From contig JAKAEA010000001.1 of assembly GCA_021818465.1 (NCBI GenBank), forward strand, positions 105,972-169,971: a stretch of 64,000 nt of DNA, read 5' to 3'. The translations under genes were made by a program, and so were the position numbers. Shown here piece by piece: positions 19,619 through 27,827 of the stretch. Each line of letters begins with the position of its first letter. The first letter of the stretch is position 1. The DNA comes from a bacterium (GTDB lineage: Bacteria > Patescibacteriota > Minisyncoccia > Phycocordibacterales > JAKAEA01). The notes under the pieces were generated by a model. The model made no database searches. It was not told the origin of the DNA and saw nothing but the letters and a program-made list of their open reading frames with translations.

Positions 19619-19691
19619 GCGCCCGTAGCTCAATGGATAGAGCACTTGGCTTCGAACCAAGGGGTTGTGGGTTCAAATCCTGCCGGGCGCA
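19619..19691 (+). tRNA. tRNA-Arg(UCG), CCA not encoded
   Basis: Acceptor GCGCCCG/CGGGCGC, anticodon arm CTTGG-CTTCGAA-CCAAG, T loop TTCAAAT. Confidence 0.95.
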
Positions 19692-19787
19692 CACACATTT
19701 CCTTTTATTGTTAATGATTTCTAGTATATATTGGAAAAAAAGTTTTTTGATGTATAATATCTTACTTAGTTACAGGATTAGTATTCA

Positions 19788-19861
19788 GCGGGTATGGTTT
19801 AGTGGCAGAACACGTCCTTGCCAAGGATGAGACGCGAGTTCGATTCTCGCTACCCGCACCA
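19788..19861 (+). tRNA. tRNA-Gly(GCC), CCA encoded
   Basis: Acceptor GCGGGTA/TACCCGC, anticodon loop TTGCCAA, T loop TTCGATT, ends ACCA. Confidence 0.96.
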
Positions 19862-20074
19862 ATTTTCTCCCCTAATAAATAAATTGTCTTTTATTAAAAA
19901 CTATAAAAATAACGTCTTTTATTGATAAATTTCTAATTTATATTAAAAAATAAATAGACTTTAAATTCTTCGAAGAATAAAAACTGTTAATAAGTATGGG
20001 GATATGTGTATAAAGGACACTAAAAAGACTTATTTATACATAAAAATAAAGAAACAATCAAAAACGTTTATAAA

Positions 20075-20090
20075 GGTATCACGTGAAACT
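20075..20090. promoter_or_regulatory. parS-like site 1
   Basis: GGTATCACGTGAAACT, 13/16 match to TGTTTCACGTGAAACA. Confidence 0.5.
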
Positions 20091-20093
20091 TTT

Positions 20094-20125
20094 ATATAAA
20101 ATGTTACTTATGTAACATTTTATAT
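20094..20125. repeat. 14-bp perfect inverted repeat with parS-like arms
   Basis: ATATAAAATGTTAC-TTAT-GTAACATTTTATAT. Confidence 0.7.
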
Positions 20126-20168
20126 TTTATTAAATAATATTTTATATGCTTTACTGTATCTTATTTTA

Positions 20169-20564
20169 ATGAGAACAATAAAAAGAAAGCTCGGTGATCT
20201 AGGTGAATCTTTAGCTTGTAGATTACTTGTTAAAAATGGTTTTAAAATAATAGAAAGAAATTTTTTAAGGCAATGTGGAGAAATAGATATAATTTCTTCA
20301 AAGAAAAATATAATTTATTTTGTTGAGGTAAAGACTGTTACACGTAAAACAAATATAATATATAAAAAGAGATGGGGAGAACATATTTCTGAAGAAAATG
20401 TTGGATTTTTAAAGAAAAGTCGGCTTAGAAAAGTAGTAAGTCTTTATTTAAAAGAAAATAAAATAAATAAAGATTGGAAATTTATGGTTATATCAGTTTA
20501 TGTGGAAAAATTGAATAATGAAAAACTCAGGATAAAATACAATGTCCTTTATGATGTCCTTTAG
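20169..20564 (+). CDS. yraN: YraN family (UPF0102) PD-(D/E)xK nuclease
   Basis: G..GE..A, RNF...GEIDII, FVEVK. Confidence 0.9.
   Translation: MRTIKRKLGDLGESLACRLLVKNGFKIIERNFLRQCGEIDIISSKKNIIYFVEVKTVTRKTNIIYKKRWGEHISEENVGFLKKSRLRKVVSLYLKENKINKDWKFMVISVYVEKLNNEKLRIKYNVLYDVL
20336..20351. promoter_or_regulatory. parS-like site 2, inside yraN
   Basis: TGTTACACGTAAAACA, one mismatch to TGTTNCACGTGAAACA. Confidence 0.55.
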
Positions 20565-20603
20565 AATACAAACAAAATATAAATGTCCTTTATGTGTCTT
20601 TTA
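20542..20603 (+). repeat. Four direct copies of RTGTCYTTTA
   Basis: ATGTCCTTTA at 20542, 20554, 20583; GTGTCTTTTA at 20594. Confidence 0.8.
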
Positions 20604-20654
20604 TAAATAATCTCTTTATAAAAAAGATTTTTTGTGTTACTATCTCTTCTTAAT

Positions 20655-20727
20655 CGGAGTGTGGTGTAACGGCTAACATGCCTGCTTTGGGAGCAGGTGA
20701 CTCCGGGTTCGAATCCCGGCACTCCGA
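20655..20727 (+). tRNA. tRNA-Pro(UGG), CCA not encoded
   Basis: Acceptor CGGAGTG/CACTCCG, anticodon arm CCTGC-TTTGGGA-GCAGG, T loop TTCGAAT. Confidence 0.95.
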
Positions 20728-20741
20728 CTCGTTTTAATACA

Positions 20742-21029
20742 ATGAGTTCCACATTTACTAAAAAAATTGAAGATTTTACATGTGAAAACTGTGGTACTGT
20801 GGTTTATGGAAATGGTTTTACTAACCATTGTTCAAATTGTTTATGGTCAAAACACGTTGATGTTAACCCAGGAGATCGGGCTTGTCTCTGTGAAGGACTT
20901 ATGGAGCCAATAGAAAGTATTTTAAAGAAGCAAGAATATTTTGTAAAACAAAAATGTCTAAAATGCGGATTTTTTAGAGTTAATAGTCTAGGGAAAAATG
21001 ATAATTTTTCGGTTCTTTTAAATCTTTAA
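20742..21029 (+). CDS. RNHCP domain zinc-binding protein
   Basis: FTCENCG..TNHCSNCLWSKHVD..PGDRAC.C.GLM; start moved to MSSTF because upstream overlaps tRNA. Confidence 0.88.
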   Translation: MSSTFTKKIEDFTCENCGTVVYGNGFTNHCSNCLWSKHVDVNPGDRACLCEGLMEPIESILKKQEYFVKQKCLKCGFFRVNSLGKNDNFSVLLNL

Positions 21030-21088
21030 TGTTTGATTTTATGAGAAAAAATTAGTAGGGTAGTCAAGTTATAGTAAAATAGAACGAT

Positions 21089-21159
21089 GCGGGCATAGTT
21101 TAGTGGTCGAATGACTGCCTTCCAAGCAGTAGACGCGAGTTCGATTCTCGCTGCCCGCA
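21089..21159 (+). tRNA. tRNA-Gly(UCC), CCA not encoded
   Basis: Acceptor GCGGGCA/TGCCCGC, anticodon arm ACTGC-CTTCCAA-GCAGT. Confidence 0.95.
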
Positions 21160-21280
21160 CATTTAGAAACAGTAATACGAAATTTTCGATATTGATTAAC
21201 TAAAGTGTGCAGTTGTTCTAATTTCTATTTTCAGATATATACGGGGTGTTTTAAAGAAAGTATATCTTTATTTTATTTTT

Positions 21281-21321
21281 TTACATTAAAAAACCACCTT
21301 CAAGGTGGTTTTTTAATGTAA
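21281..21321. terminator. Bidirectional intrinsic terminator between tRNA-Gly and hup
   Basis: TTACATTAAAAAACCACCTT-C-AAGGTGGTTTTTTAATGTAA perfect inverted repeat. Confidence 0.88.
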
Positions 21322-21332
21322 TACAGGAATCG

Positions 21333-21605
21333 CTATTTTACAGCTTCCTTAAGGGCCTTAGCGGCGCGGAATTTAGGAACACGCATAGCTGGGACATCAA
21401 CCATTTCGCCGGTGCGTGGATTGCGAGCCTTACGAGCGGCGCGCTGTTTGACGGAGAAGATACCGAGGCCAGCGATAGAAACCTCATTATTTTTTTTGAG
21501 AGAATCAACAATGGAGTTGATCATTGTGTCTACCGCTTCTTCTGCTTGGGTTTTGGTGCCACCAAGTTTTACGTGCACTGCATCTACGATACTTGCTTTA
21601 TTCAT
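21333..21605 (-). CDS. hup: DNA-binding protein HU
   Basis: MNK, GLGIF, ARNPRTGE, PKFRAAKALK. Confidence 0.96.
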   Translation of the reverse strand: MNKASIVDAVHVKLGGTKTQAEEAVDTMINSIVDSLKKNNEVSIAGLGIFSVKQRAARKARNPRTGEMVDVPAMRVPKFRAAKALKEAVK

Positions 21606-21722
21606 AGTACGTATAATTAATTGTTAATTAGCGACCTGAGTCGTTGTACACATTATATAATAGGCCGTATTTTAGTGATAGTAGTAAAAAATTACAAAAC
21701 GAAATTTTTATTTTAGCAAATT

Positions 21723-23252
21723 TTATCGAGCGAATTCGATAATTCTGCTTTCTCGAATGACGACAACTTTAATTTCTCCTGGATATTTTAATTCTTTTTC
21801 TATCTGCAGAGCTATATCTCTAGCTATTTTTTGTGCTTCAACGTCAGAAACTTCAGTAGGCGTTACAAAGACTCTGATTTCTCGGCCAGCTTGGAGAGCA
21901 TATGCTTTGTCTACGCCTTTCATTGATGTGGCAATAGATTCTAATTCTTCTAAACGTTTGAGATAATTTTCCATAGTGTCGCGACGTGCTCCTGGACGAG
22001 AACCTGAAATAGCATCAGCAACTTGTACGATAATGGACTCAATCGTTTCAAAGGGGTACTCACCGTGATGAGCCTGCATCGCTTTTATGATAGATTCATC
22101 AACACCGAATTTTTGAAGAATCCGACGACCAATTTCTACATGTGTGCCCTGGACTTCGTGATCGAGAGCTTTGCCGATGTCGTGTAAGAGGGCGCCGGCT
22201 TTGGCAATAGCTACATTAGCACCGAGTTCTTCGGCAATCATCCCGGCAATATGAGCCATTTCTACGGAATGCTGTAATACATTTTGTCCATAGCTGGTGC
22301 GAAAATATAGACGACCAAGTATGGCGATGATTCTAGGATCAAGATTAAAAACACCGCATTCATAAGCCGCTTGCTCGCCTTTTTCTTTAATAGTTTTATT
22401 AATTTCACTTTTGGCTTTTTCAACCATCTCTTCTATTTTTGCTGGTTGAATGCGACCGTCGGCAATAAGATATTCCAAAGCCATTACGGCAGTATGACGG
22501 CGAATGGGGTTAAATGACGAGATGGTGATGGTTCCTGGCGTATCATCAACAATCACTTCAACACCGGTCGCACGCTCAAATGCCTTGATATTTCGGCCTT
22601 CTTTACCAATGATTTTACCTTTGATTTCATCACCTGGAATAGCAAGGGTTGTAGACATAATTTCAGCGGGAATGGTGCTACCGATGCGTTGAATAGCAGA
22701 AGCAATTATTTCTTGAGCTCGTCGTTCAATTTTTTCTTCGCTCTGTTTCTCGAGTTTTTGCATACGTACAAGTAAATCTTCTTGTGCGTTTTGTTCCATT
22801 TTTGTCAGGAGTTCGTTTCGCGCTTCTTCACGGCTCATAGCGCCAACTTTTTCCAACTCAGTAATTTTTTGTTGATATATAGCCTCGGTTTTTTCTTGAA
22901 TGGTCTTTATTTCATTGACTTTGTTTTTTATATTTTCAACTTCAGTATCAATATCGCTTTGACGCTTATCAAGGAGCTCCTCTTTTTTTACCAAGCGTTC
23001 CTCGGCTTTTTTCAAATTTTCTTCCTTTTCTTTTATTTCGCCCCTTACTTCACGTAAGGTGTCAATTGACTTTTTTTCTGCTTCGGCACTGATTTTTTTG
23101 GCCTCTTCCTGGGCATTAGAGAGTAAACGTTTCGTCTCCAGTTCTATAGAATTTCTTCGTGATAGCGATATGAAGATACGGCCAACGTAGCCAACTACAG
23201 CTCCAATAACAGCAGTAGCCGCGGCAACCCCCACAATTAATTGTAATGACAT
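21723..23252 (-). CDS. rny: Ribonuclease Y
   Basis: N-terminal TM, coiled coil, KH (IIGKEGRNI), HD (LLHDIGK), RPGARR. Confidence 0.97.
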   Translation of the reverse strand: MSLQLIVGVAAATAVIGAVVGYVGRIFISLSRRNSIELETKRLLSNAQEEAKKISAEAEKKSIDTLREVRGEIKEKEENLKKAEERLVKKEELLDKRQSDIDTEVENIKNKVNEIKTIQEKTEAIYQQKITELEKVGAMSREEARNELLTKMEQNAQEDLLVRMQKLEKQSEEKIERRAQEIIASAIQRIGSTIPAEIMSTTLAIPGDEIKGKIIGKEGRNIKAFERATGVEVIVDDTPGTITISSFNPIRRHTAVMALEYLIADGRIQPAKIEEMVEKAKSEINKTIKEKGEQAAYECGVFNLDPRIIAILGRLYFRTSYGQNVLQHSVEMAHIAGMIAEELGANVAIAKAGALLHDIGKALDHEVQGTHVEIGRRILQKFGVDESIIKAMQAHHGEYPFETIESIIVQVADAISGSRPGARRDTMENYLKRLEELESIATSMKGVDKAYALQAGREIRVFVTPTEVSDVEAQKIARDIALQIEKELKYPGEIKVVVIRESRIIEFAR

Positions 23253-23477
23253 ACATCGAGACCCGCTTCAGTTCGTGCTCGCTTGGCGTTGCTCATGATT
23301 CACATACTCAGATAAAAAAGCATTTGGATAGGTAATGTGATGAACGGAATTAACAAGATAGGACAGGAAATGAAATCGGGTAATTATCTTTAGTAATAAA
23401 AATATTGTAAAGGAAAAAAACAATTTTGTCCAGACACTACCAAAATAGGCGTACTGAGTTGTACGAGTTGGTTTACA

Positions 23478-24083
23478 CTAGATAATTTTGTCTACGATGC
23501 CATACTTTTTAGCATCATCAGCGGCCATAAAGTAATCACGATCGACATCTTTTTCTATTTTAGAAAGTGGCTGACCGGTATTTTCAGCGAGGATTTTATT
23601 GAGTCGTTCACGGGTACGTAAAATTTGTTTAGCAGTTATTTCAATATCAGCGGCGCGTCCTTCGGCACCACCCCATGGTTGGTGAATCATAACTTCAGCA
23701 TTAGGTAAAATAAGGCGTTTTCCTTTTTGGCCAGCAGAGAGGAGTAGTGCACCCGCGGAAGCGGCAATGCCAACACACACCGTAGAAACTTCCGGTTTAA
23801 TATGATTCATGGTGTCGAGAATGGCAAGTGCCGAGGTTACTGATCCACCAGGTGAATTAATATAGAGAGAAATATCTTTTTTTGAATCTTCTGATTGGAG
23901 AAACAAAAGCTCGGCGATAATAATGTTTGCAACGTGGTCATCAATGGGACCGCCGAGAAAAATGATTCTTTCACGGAGCAGGCGAGAGTAGATGTCGTAT
24001 GCACGCTCACCAAACTGAGACTTTTCTATAACCGTTGGAATGAGAACTTGGCTGTTGATTTGATGTAATTTTTCTGATTTCAT
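23478..24083 (-). CDS. clpP: ATP-dependent Clp protease proteolytic subunit
   Basis: [22 protein letters not shown]. Confidence 0.97.
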   Translation of the reverse strand: MKSEKLHQINSQVLIPTVIEKSQFGERAYDIYSRLLRERIIFLGGPIDDHVANIIIAELLFLQSEDSKKDISLYINSPGGSVTSALAILDTMNHIKPEVSTVCVGIAASAGALLLSAGQKGKRLILPNAEVMIHQPWGGAEGRAADIEITAKQILRTRERLNKILAENTGQPLSKIEKDVDRDYFMAADDAKKYGIVDKII

Positions 24084-24123
24084 AGGTGTATGTATATTAT
24101 CATGAACTTAAAAAATAGCTACA

Positions 24124-24855
24124 ATGCGACTTCATCGTTTTTACATTGATGCAGGGGAAAATATTGATTTTTTTTCAGTTGGTAAAACGTTTTCAGTAAT
24201 TTCGCCGGCACATATACATCAATGGAGAGATGTGTTTCGTTTCAAAACGGGAGATGAAATTATTGTTTTTTCTAGCATAAACCCTCATCAATACAAAGCA
24301 CGCTTCATTGAGCTTTTGAGAAATACGGCCAGTTTGGAGATTGTAGAAAAATTGCCGGCTATTGCTGGGCCACTACGAGAAATTACTCTCTATACAGCTC
24401 TCATAAAAAAAGAACGCTATGAGTGGATGGTAGAAAAAGCAACAGAAATCGGGGTTGCACATTTTTGTCCGCTACTCAGTGAGCGAAGCGAAATTAAAAA
24501 TATAAAAAGCGACCGAATTAAAAAAATTATTATTGAAGCGACTGAACAGTCTGGTTGGTCTACTGTACCAACATTTCATGAGCCAATAACCCTTGCGACG
24601 GCCCTACAACAAGCAAAAAATCCAATTGTGTGTGACGTTACCGAACCTGTTTCTTTTGAAAAAAATAATGCAATAGGTACTACGTCGGATATTTTTATTG
24701 GACCCGAAGGAGGGTGGTCATTAGAAGAAAGGGAGCTATTTAATAAACATGGAGTACCAAAAATTTCATTGGGTCACCAAACACTACGAGCAGAAACAGC
24801 AGCTATCGCGGTGGCCTCACTTATTCTTTTAATGCCGGTGTTTCCAAAAATATAA
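24124..24855 (+). CDS. rsmE: 16S rRNA m3U1498 methyltransferase RsmE
   Basis: EKATEIG, EATEQS, IGPEGG, LRAETA. Confidence 0.95.
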   Translation: MRLHRFYIDAGENIDFFSVGKTFSVISPAHIHQWRDVFRFKTGDEIIVFSSINPHQYKARFIELLRNTASLEIVEKLPAIAGPLREITLYTALIKKERYEWMVEKATEIGVAHFCPLLSERSEIKNIKSDRIKKIIIEATEQSGWSTVPTFHEPITLATALQQAKNPIVCDVTEPVSFEKNNAIGTTSDIFIGPEGGWSLEERELFNKHGVPKISLGHQTLRAETAAIAVASLILLMPVFPKI

Positions 24856-25915
24856 TAGTTTTTTCCAACGTCATAATGCGATTAACGTAGCTCTCAATTT
24901 GGGCCGTGTTTAAATCAGCGTATTGGTTTTTTAATCGACGTACCTCCTGTTCAATTTCCGCAGATGAAGGACGCAAATTTTCTTTAACGGCGATTTCTTC
25001 AAGAATAAGATCGATTCGTGCTCGTTTTTCGGCTTCAGGCAGCCATTCTTTTTGGATATCTTCACGTGTTTTTTTAATATGGGTGAGATAGGTATCAACA
25101 GTGAGACCAAGACGACGAACATCATCTTCAAATTGTCCAAGCATCCGATTGAGTTCGTAGTCGATAAGTGGTTGGGGAACAGGAAATTTTGTTTGTGATA
25201 CTAATTTTTCTAAAATTTTTGCTCGTCGTTTCTCAAGGGCGCGATACTCTTTTTCTCGTAGTAAATTTTCTGTAATTTTTTGGCGGAAATCAGCAACATT
25301 TGTAAAATTACCAAGCGTTGCAACAAAAGTATCGGTAATGTCTAGTTTATATTTTTCTACATCGGCAGCATTATGGTTGTGATTGTTTTCATCGAGAGTC
25401 GTTTTGTTTTGTTTATGAAATTCCTGGTGAGCATGATTGTTGCGGATCTGTTCAATAACATCGTCTATTTCTTTGTTACTGACCACTATTTTTTCTCGCT
25501 CAGCTTCGTTTTTACTAGCAGCAATTTCCTCAGCAGCAATTTTTTTATAATCAGGAAGATCAAACAAGGGGCGAATAGCTACAGTAATAGAAAAATCAAG
25601 AGGATTACCTGGAGCAATTTTGGTAATAGTGATTTTGGGTTGAGCAACATACCGAGGAGCGTGTTGTTCAACGAGTTGGGGTACCACAGTTTGCAACGCT
25701 AATTCTGCGGCGTCTTCAAGAATGGTCATTTCGCCAACTTTTTCCACCAGCACCTTTTCAGGAATGTGTCCTTGTCGAAAGCCGGGAATTTTGGCGTTTT
25801 GGCCGATTTTTTCAAGAGCTTTCTGTCGGAATGATGTAAGTGTGGCTGTGGGAATTGTGCCAGTAATTTCTACTTGAGAATTTTCTTTGGGTGTAACGGT
25901 AATATTTTCGTACAT
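24821..25915 (-). CDS. tig: Trigger factor (short, lacks most of the FKBP domain)
   Basis: IPGFRQGHIP ribosome-binding loop, C-terminal domain, only 364 aa. Confidence 0.92.
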   Translation of the reverse strand: MYENITVTPKENSQVEITGTIPTATLTSFRQKALEKIGQNAKIPGFRQGHIPEKVLVEKVGEMTILEDAAELALQTVVPQLVEQHAPRYVAQPKITITKIAPGNPLDFSITVAIRPLFDLPDYKKIAAEEIAASKNEAEREKIVVSNKEIDDVIEQIRNNHAHQEFHKQNKTTLDENNHNHNAADVEKYKLDITDTFVATLGNFTNVADFRQKITENLLREKEYRALEKRRAKILEKLVSQTKFPVPQPLIDYELNRMLGQFEDDVRRLGLTVDTYLTHIKKTREDIQKEWLPEAEKRARIDLILEEIAVKENLRPSSAEIEQEVRRLKNQYADLNTAQIESYVNRIMTLEKTIIFLETPALKE

Positions 25916-26485
25916 TTATTTTGAGGGGCTAGTATTGTTGCCAAATTTTTCTTGATAGAGTTTTACACTTCGTTTAATAGCTTTAATTGCTGCGTCTTTA
26001 TTAAGAATTTTATTTACTTTGACCACTGCCGGTTTTCCTTTGAGTTGTTTATATGTTTCGTAAAAATGGGTAAATTCTTTCAAGGAATGTGGATTGAGGT
26101 CCGCCACGTCTTTAACGTGTTCCCAGCGGCGATCTTCAACAGGGACGGTGATGATTTTGTAATCAGATTCTCCGGAGTCAGTGATATCCATAACTGCTAC
26201 TGGTCGAACGGTTACCAAGATACCAGGGAAAAGAGGAAAAGTGGAAAGAATAATGATATCAAGAGGGTCACCGTCGTCCCAAAGTGTCCGTGGAGCTAAA
26301 CCGTAGTCAAACGGAAATGGAGAATAAGAATAATTGGCTCTATCAAGCTTGATTAAACCGCTTTTTTTGTCGATTTCATATTTATTATGGGAACCGTGAG
26401 GAATTTCAACCACAGCATTAAATTCCTCAGGAGCATCGTCTCCAAGAGGGATATCGTGCCAGTAACTCATTGCTGAATGGGACAT
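25916..26485 (-). CDS. ppa: Inorganic pyrophosphatase (family I)
   Basis: NKYE, DGDPLD, D.GESD.K. Confidence 0.96.
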   Translation of the reverse strand: MSHSAMSYWHDIPLGDDAPEEFNAVVEIPHGSHNKYEIDKKSGLIKLDRANYSYSPFPFDYGLAPRTLWDDGDPLDIIILSTFPLFPGILVTVRPVAVMDITDSGESDYKIITVPVEDRRWEHVKDVADLNPHSLKEFTHFYETYKQLKGKPAVVKVNKILNKDAAIKAIKRSVKLYQEKFGNNTSPSK

Positions 26486-26513
26486 ATTTTTTTAAATTAT
26501 TTTTTTAATTAAT

Positions 26514-27710
26514 TTATATTTCCGTATGTGTCGGAGCCGCTTTTTCTTTTATTTTAGTATCTGATGTTTCTTCATCAGTTATTCCTAAATTTTCTCCCTC
26601 TACGGATTGAATATCTATACGCCAACCAGTGAGTTTTGCGGCTAAACGGACGTTTTGGCCGCCCTTACCAATAGCAAGTGATTGCTGGTCTTCGGAAACA
26701 GAAACGGTAGCAGTTTTGTTTTCTTCGTTAATTATGACATCGAGAGCGCGAGCAGGGGAAAGCGCTTCTTCAATAAAGTGTTTTGCATTTTCTGACCATT
26801 CAATAATGTCTATTTTTTCACCGCCTAACTCACTTGTGACGGTAGCCACGCGAACACCGCGCTGGCCGACGAGTGAACCGACTGGATCAACGTGGGGGTC
26901 ATTGGAAAATACGGCAATTTTTGAACGAGAACCAGCTTCACGGGCCACACTTTTAACCTCAATAATGCCATTAGCAATTTCCGGAACTTCCATTTCAAAA
27001 AGTTTAATAAGAAATTTAGGGTGAGAACGTGAAAGCCGTAAAAAGATACCGCGTGGCGTCTCTTCAACACGATATAGATATGCCCGCACTCGTTCGCCTT
27101 GACGATAGCGTTCGCCAGGAATTTGTTCCTCGTATGGCAAAATACCACTAGCTCTGCCCATATCAATGAAGATATTGCCGCGCTCGATGCGCTGTACGGT
27201 ACCAGAGACAATCTCGCCTTCTCGTTCACCAAACTCACCAAGGACTGAAATCTTTTCGGCCTCGCGGATTTTTTGAATGATAGTTTGTTTTGCTGTTTGG
27301 GAAGCAATACGGCCAAAATCATCCCGTGTTTCTAAAGGAAAAACAATTTCGTCGCCAATTTTAGCCTCACGCTTTATTTTTTGAGCATCATCTAAAAGAA
27401 TGTGCCGTTCAGGGTTAAAAAGCACTTTTTCCGGTTCATCGTCACGTGTTTCGGGGATCTCTGGTAGGGTTCCATCAGGATTGGGGGTGATAATTTGTTC
27501 GGGATCAACCACGACTTTTACTTGAAAAAAATCGCTTTTCCCGCTATTTAAATCAAACGTGGCCCGCACTATTTGATGTTTTTTTCCATACTCTTTTTTG
27601 TATGCACTTGCCAGCGCAGCTTCAATAGCTTCAAGTATTTTTTCACGCGGTATGCCGCGCTCCTCTTCAAGTTCACTAAGAACAGAATTGATAGTTTTAA
27701 GATCAAACAT
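26514..27710 (-). CDS. nusA: Transcription factor NusA
   Basis: FGRIASQTAKQ, S1 and two KH domains, AIGKGGQNVRLA; start moved to MFDLK. Confidence 0.97.
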   Translation of the reverse strand: MFDLKTINSVLSELEEERGIPREKILEAIEAALASAYKKEYGKKHQIVRATFDLNSGKSDFFQVKVVVDPEQIITPNPDGTLPEIPETRDDEPEKVLFNPERHILLDDAQKIKREAKIGDEIVFPLETRDDFGRIASQTAKQTIIQKIREAEKISVLGEFGEREGEIVSGTVQRIERGNIFIDMGRASGILPYEEQIPGERYRQGERVRAYLYRVEETPRGIFLRLSRSHPKFLIKLFEMEVPEIANGIIEVKSVAREAGSRSKIAVFSNDPHVDPVGSLVGQRGVRVATVTSELGGEKIDIIEWSENAKHFIEEALSPARALDVIINEENKTATVSVSEDQQSLAIGKGGQNVRLAAKLTGWRIDIQSVEGENLGITDEETSDTKIKEKAAPTHTEI

Positions 27711-27719
27711 AATTTTTTT

Positions 27720-27787
27720 AAAAAGAATTCGCCTTGCCGGCGAATTCAGTGATAAACACAGTATACACACATATATAAGATTGTCAA
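27720..27787 (-). promoter_or_regulatory. nusA promoter and leader terminator-like hairpin
   Basis: Minus strand TTGACA-16-TATACT, then GAATTCGCC-GGCAA-GGCGAATTC-TTTTT just before the ATG. Confidence 0.7.
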
Positions 27788-27827
27788 CGCATCACCTTTA
27801 GTCGTATAATTAGTTTACTATTGTTCT

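Noticed and set aside
19633-19830. 65-aa ORF (also 20561..20752 and the first codons of 20697)
   Set aside because: Overlap tRNA genes; shadow translations
20094-20125. Inverted repeat as a dif site for the nearby Xer recombinase
   Set aside because: 4-nt centre rather than 6 and no clear TTATGTTAAA XerD arm geometry; parS-like reading fits better, though not excluded
20542-20603. Repeats as a CRISPR array
   Set aside because: Units only 10 bp, irregular spacing, no cas genes
24821-25915. Short trigger factor as pseudogene
   Set aside because: Open frame with both N- and C-domains; FKBP loss fits reduced CPR proteins
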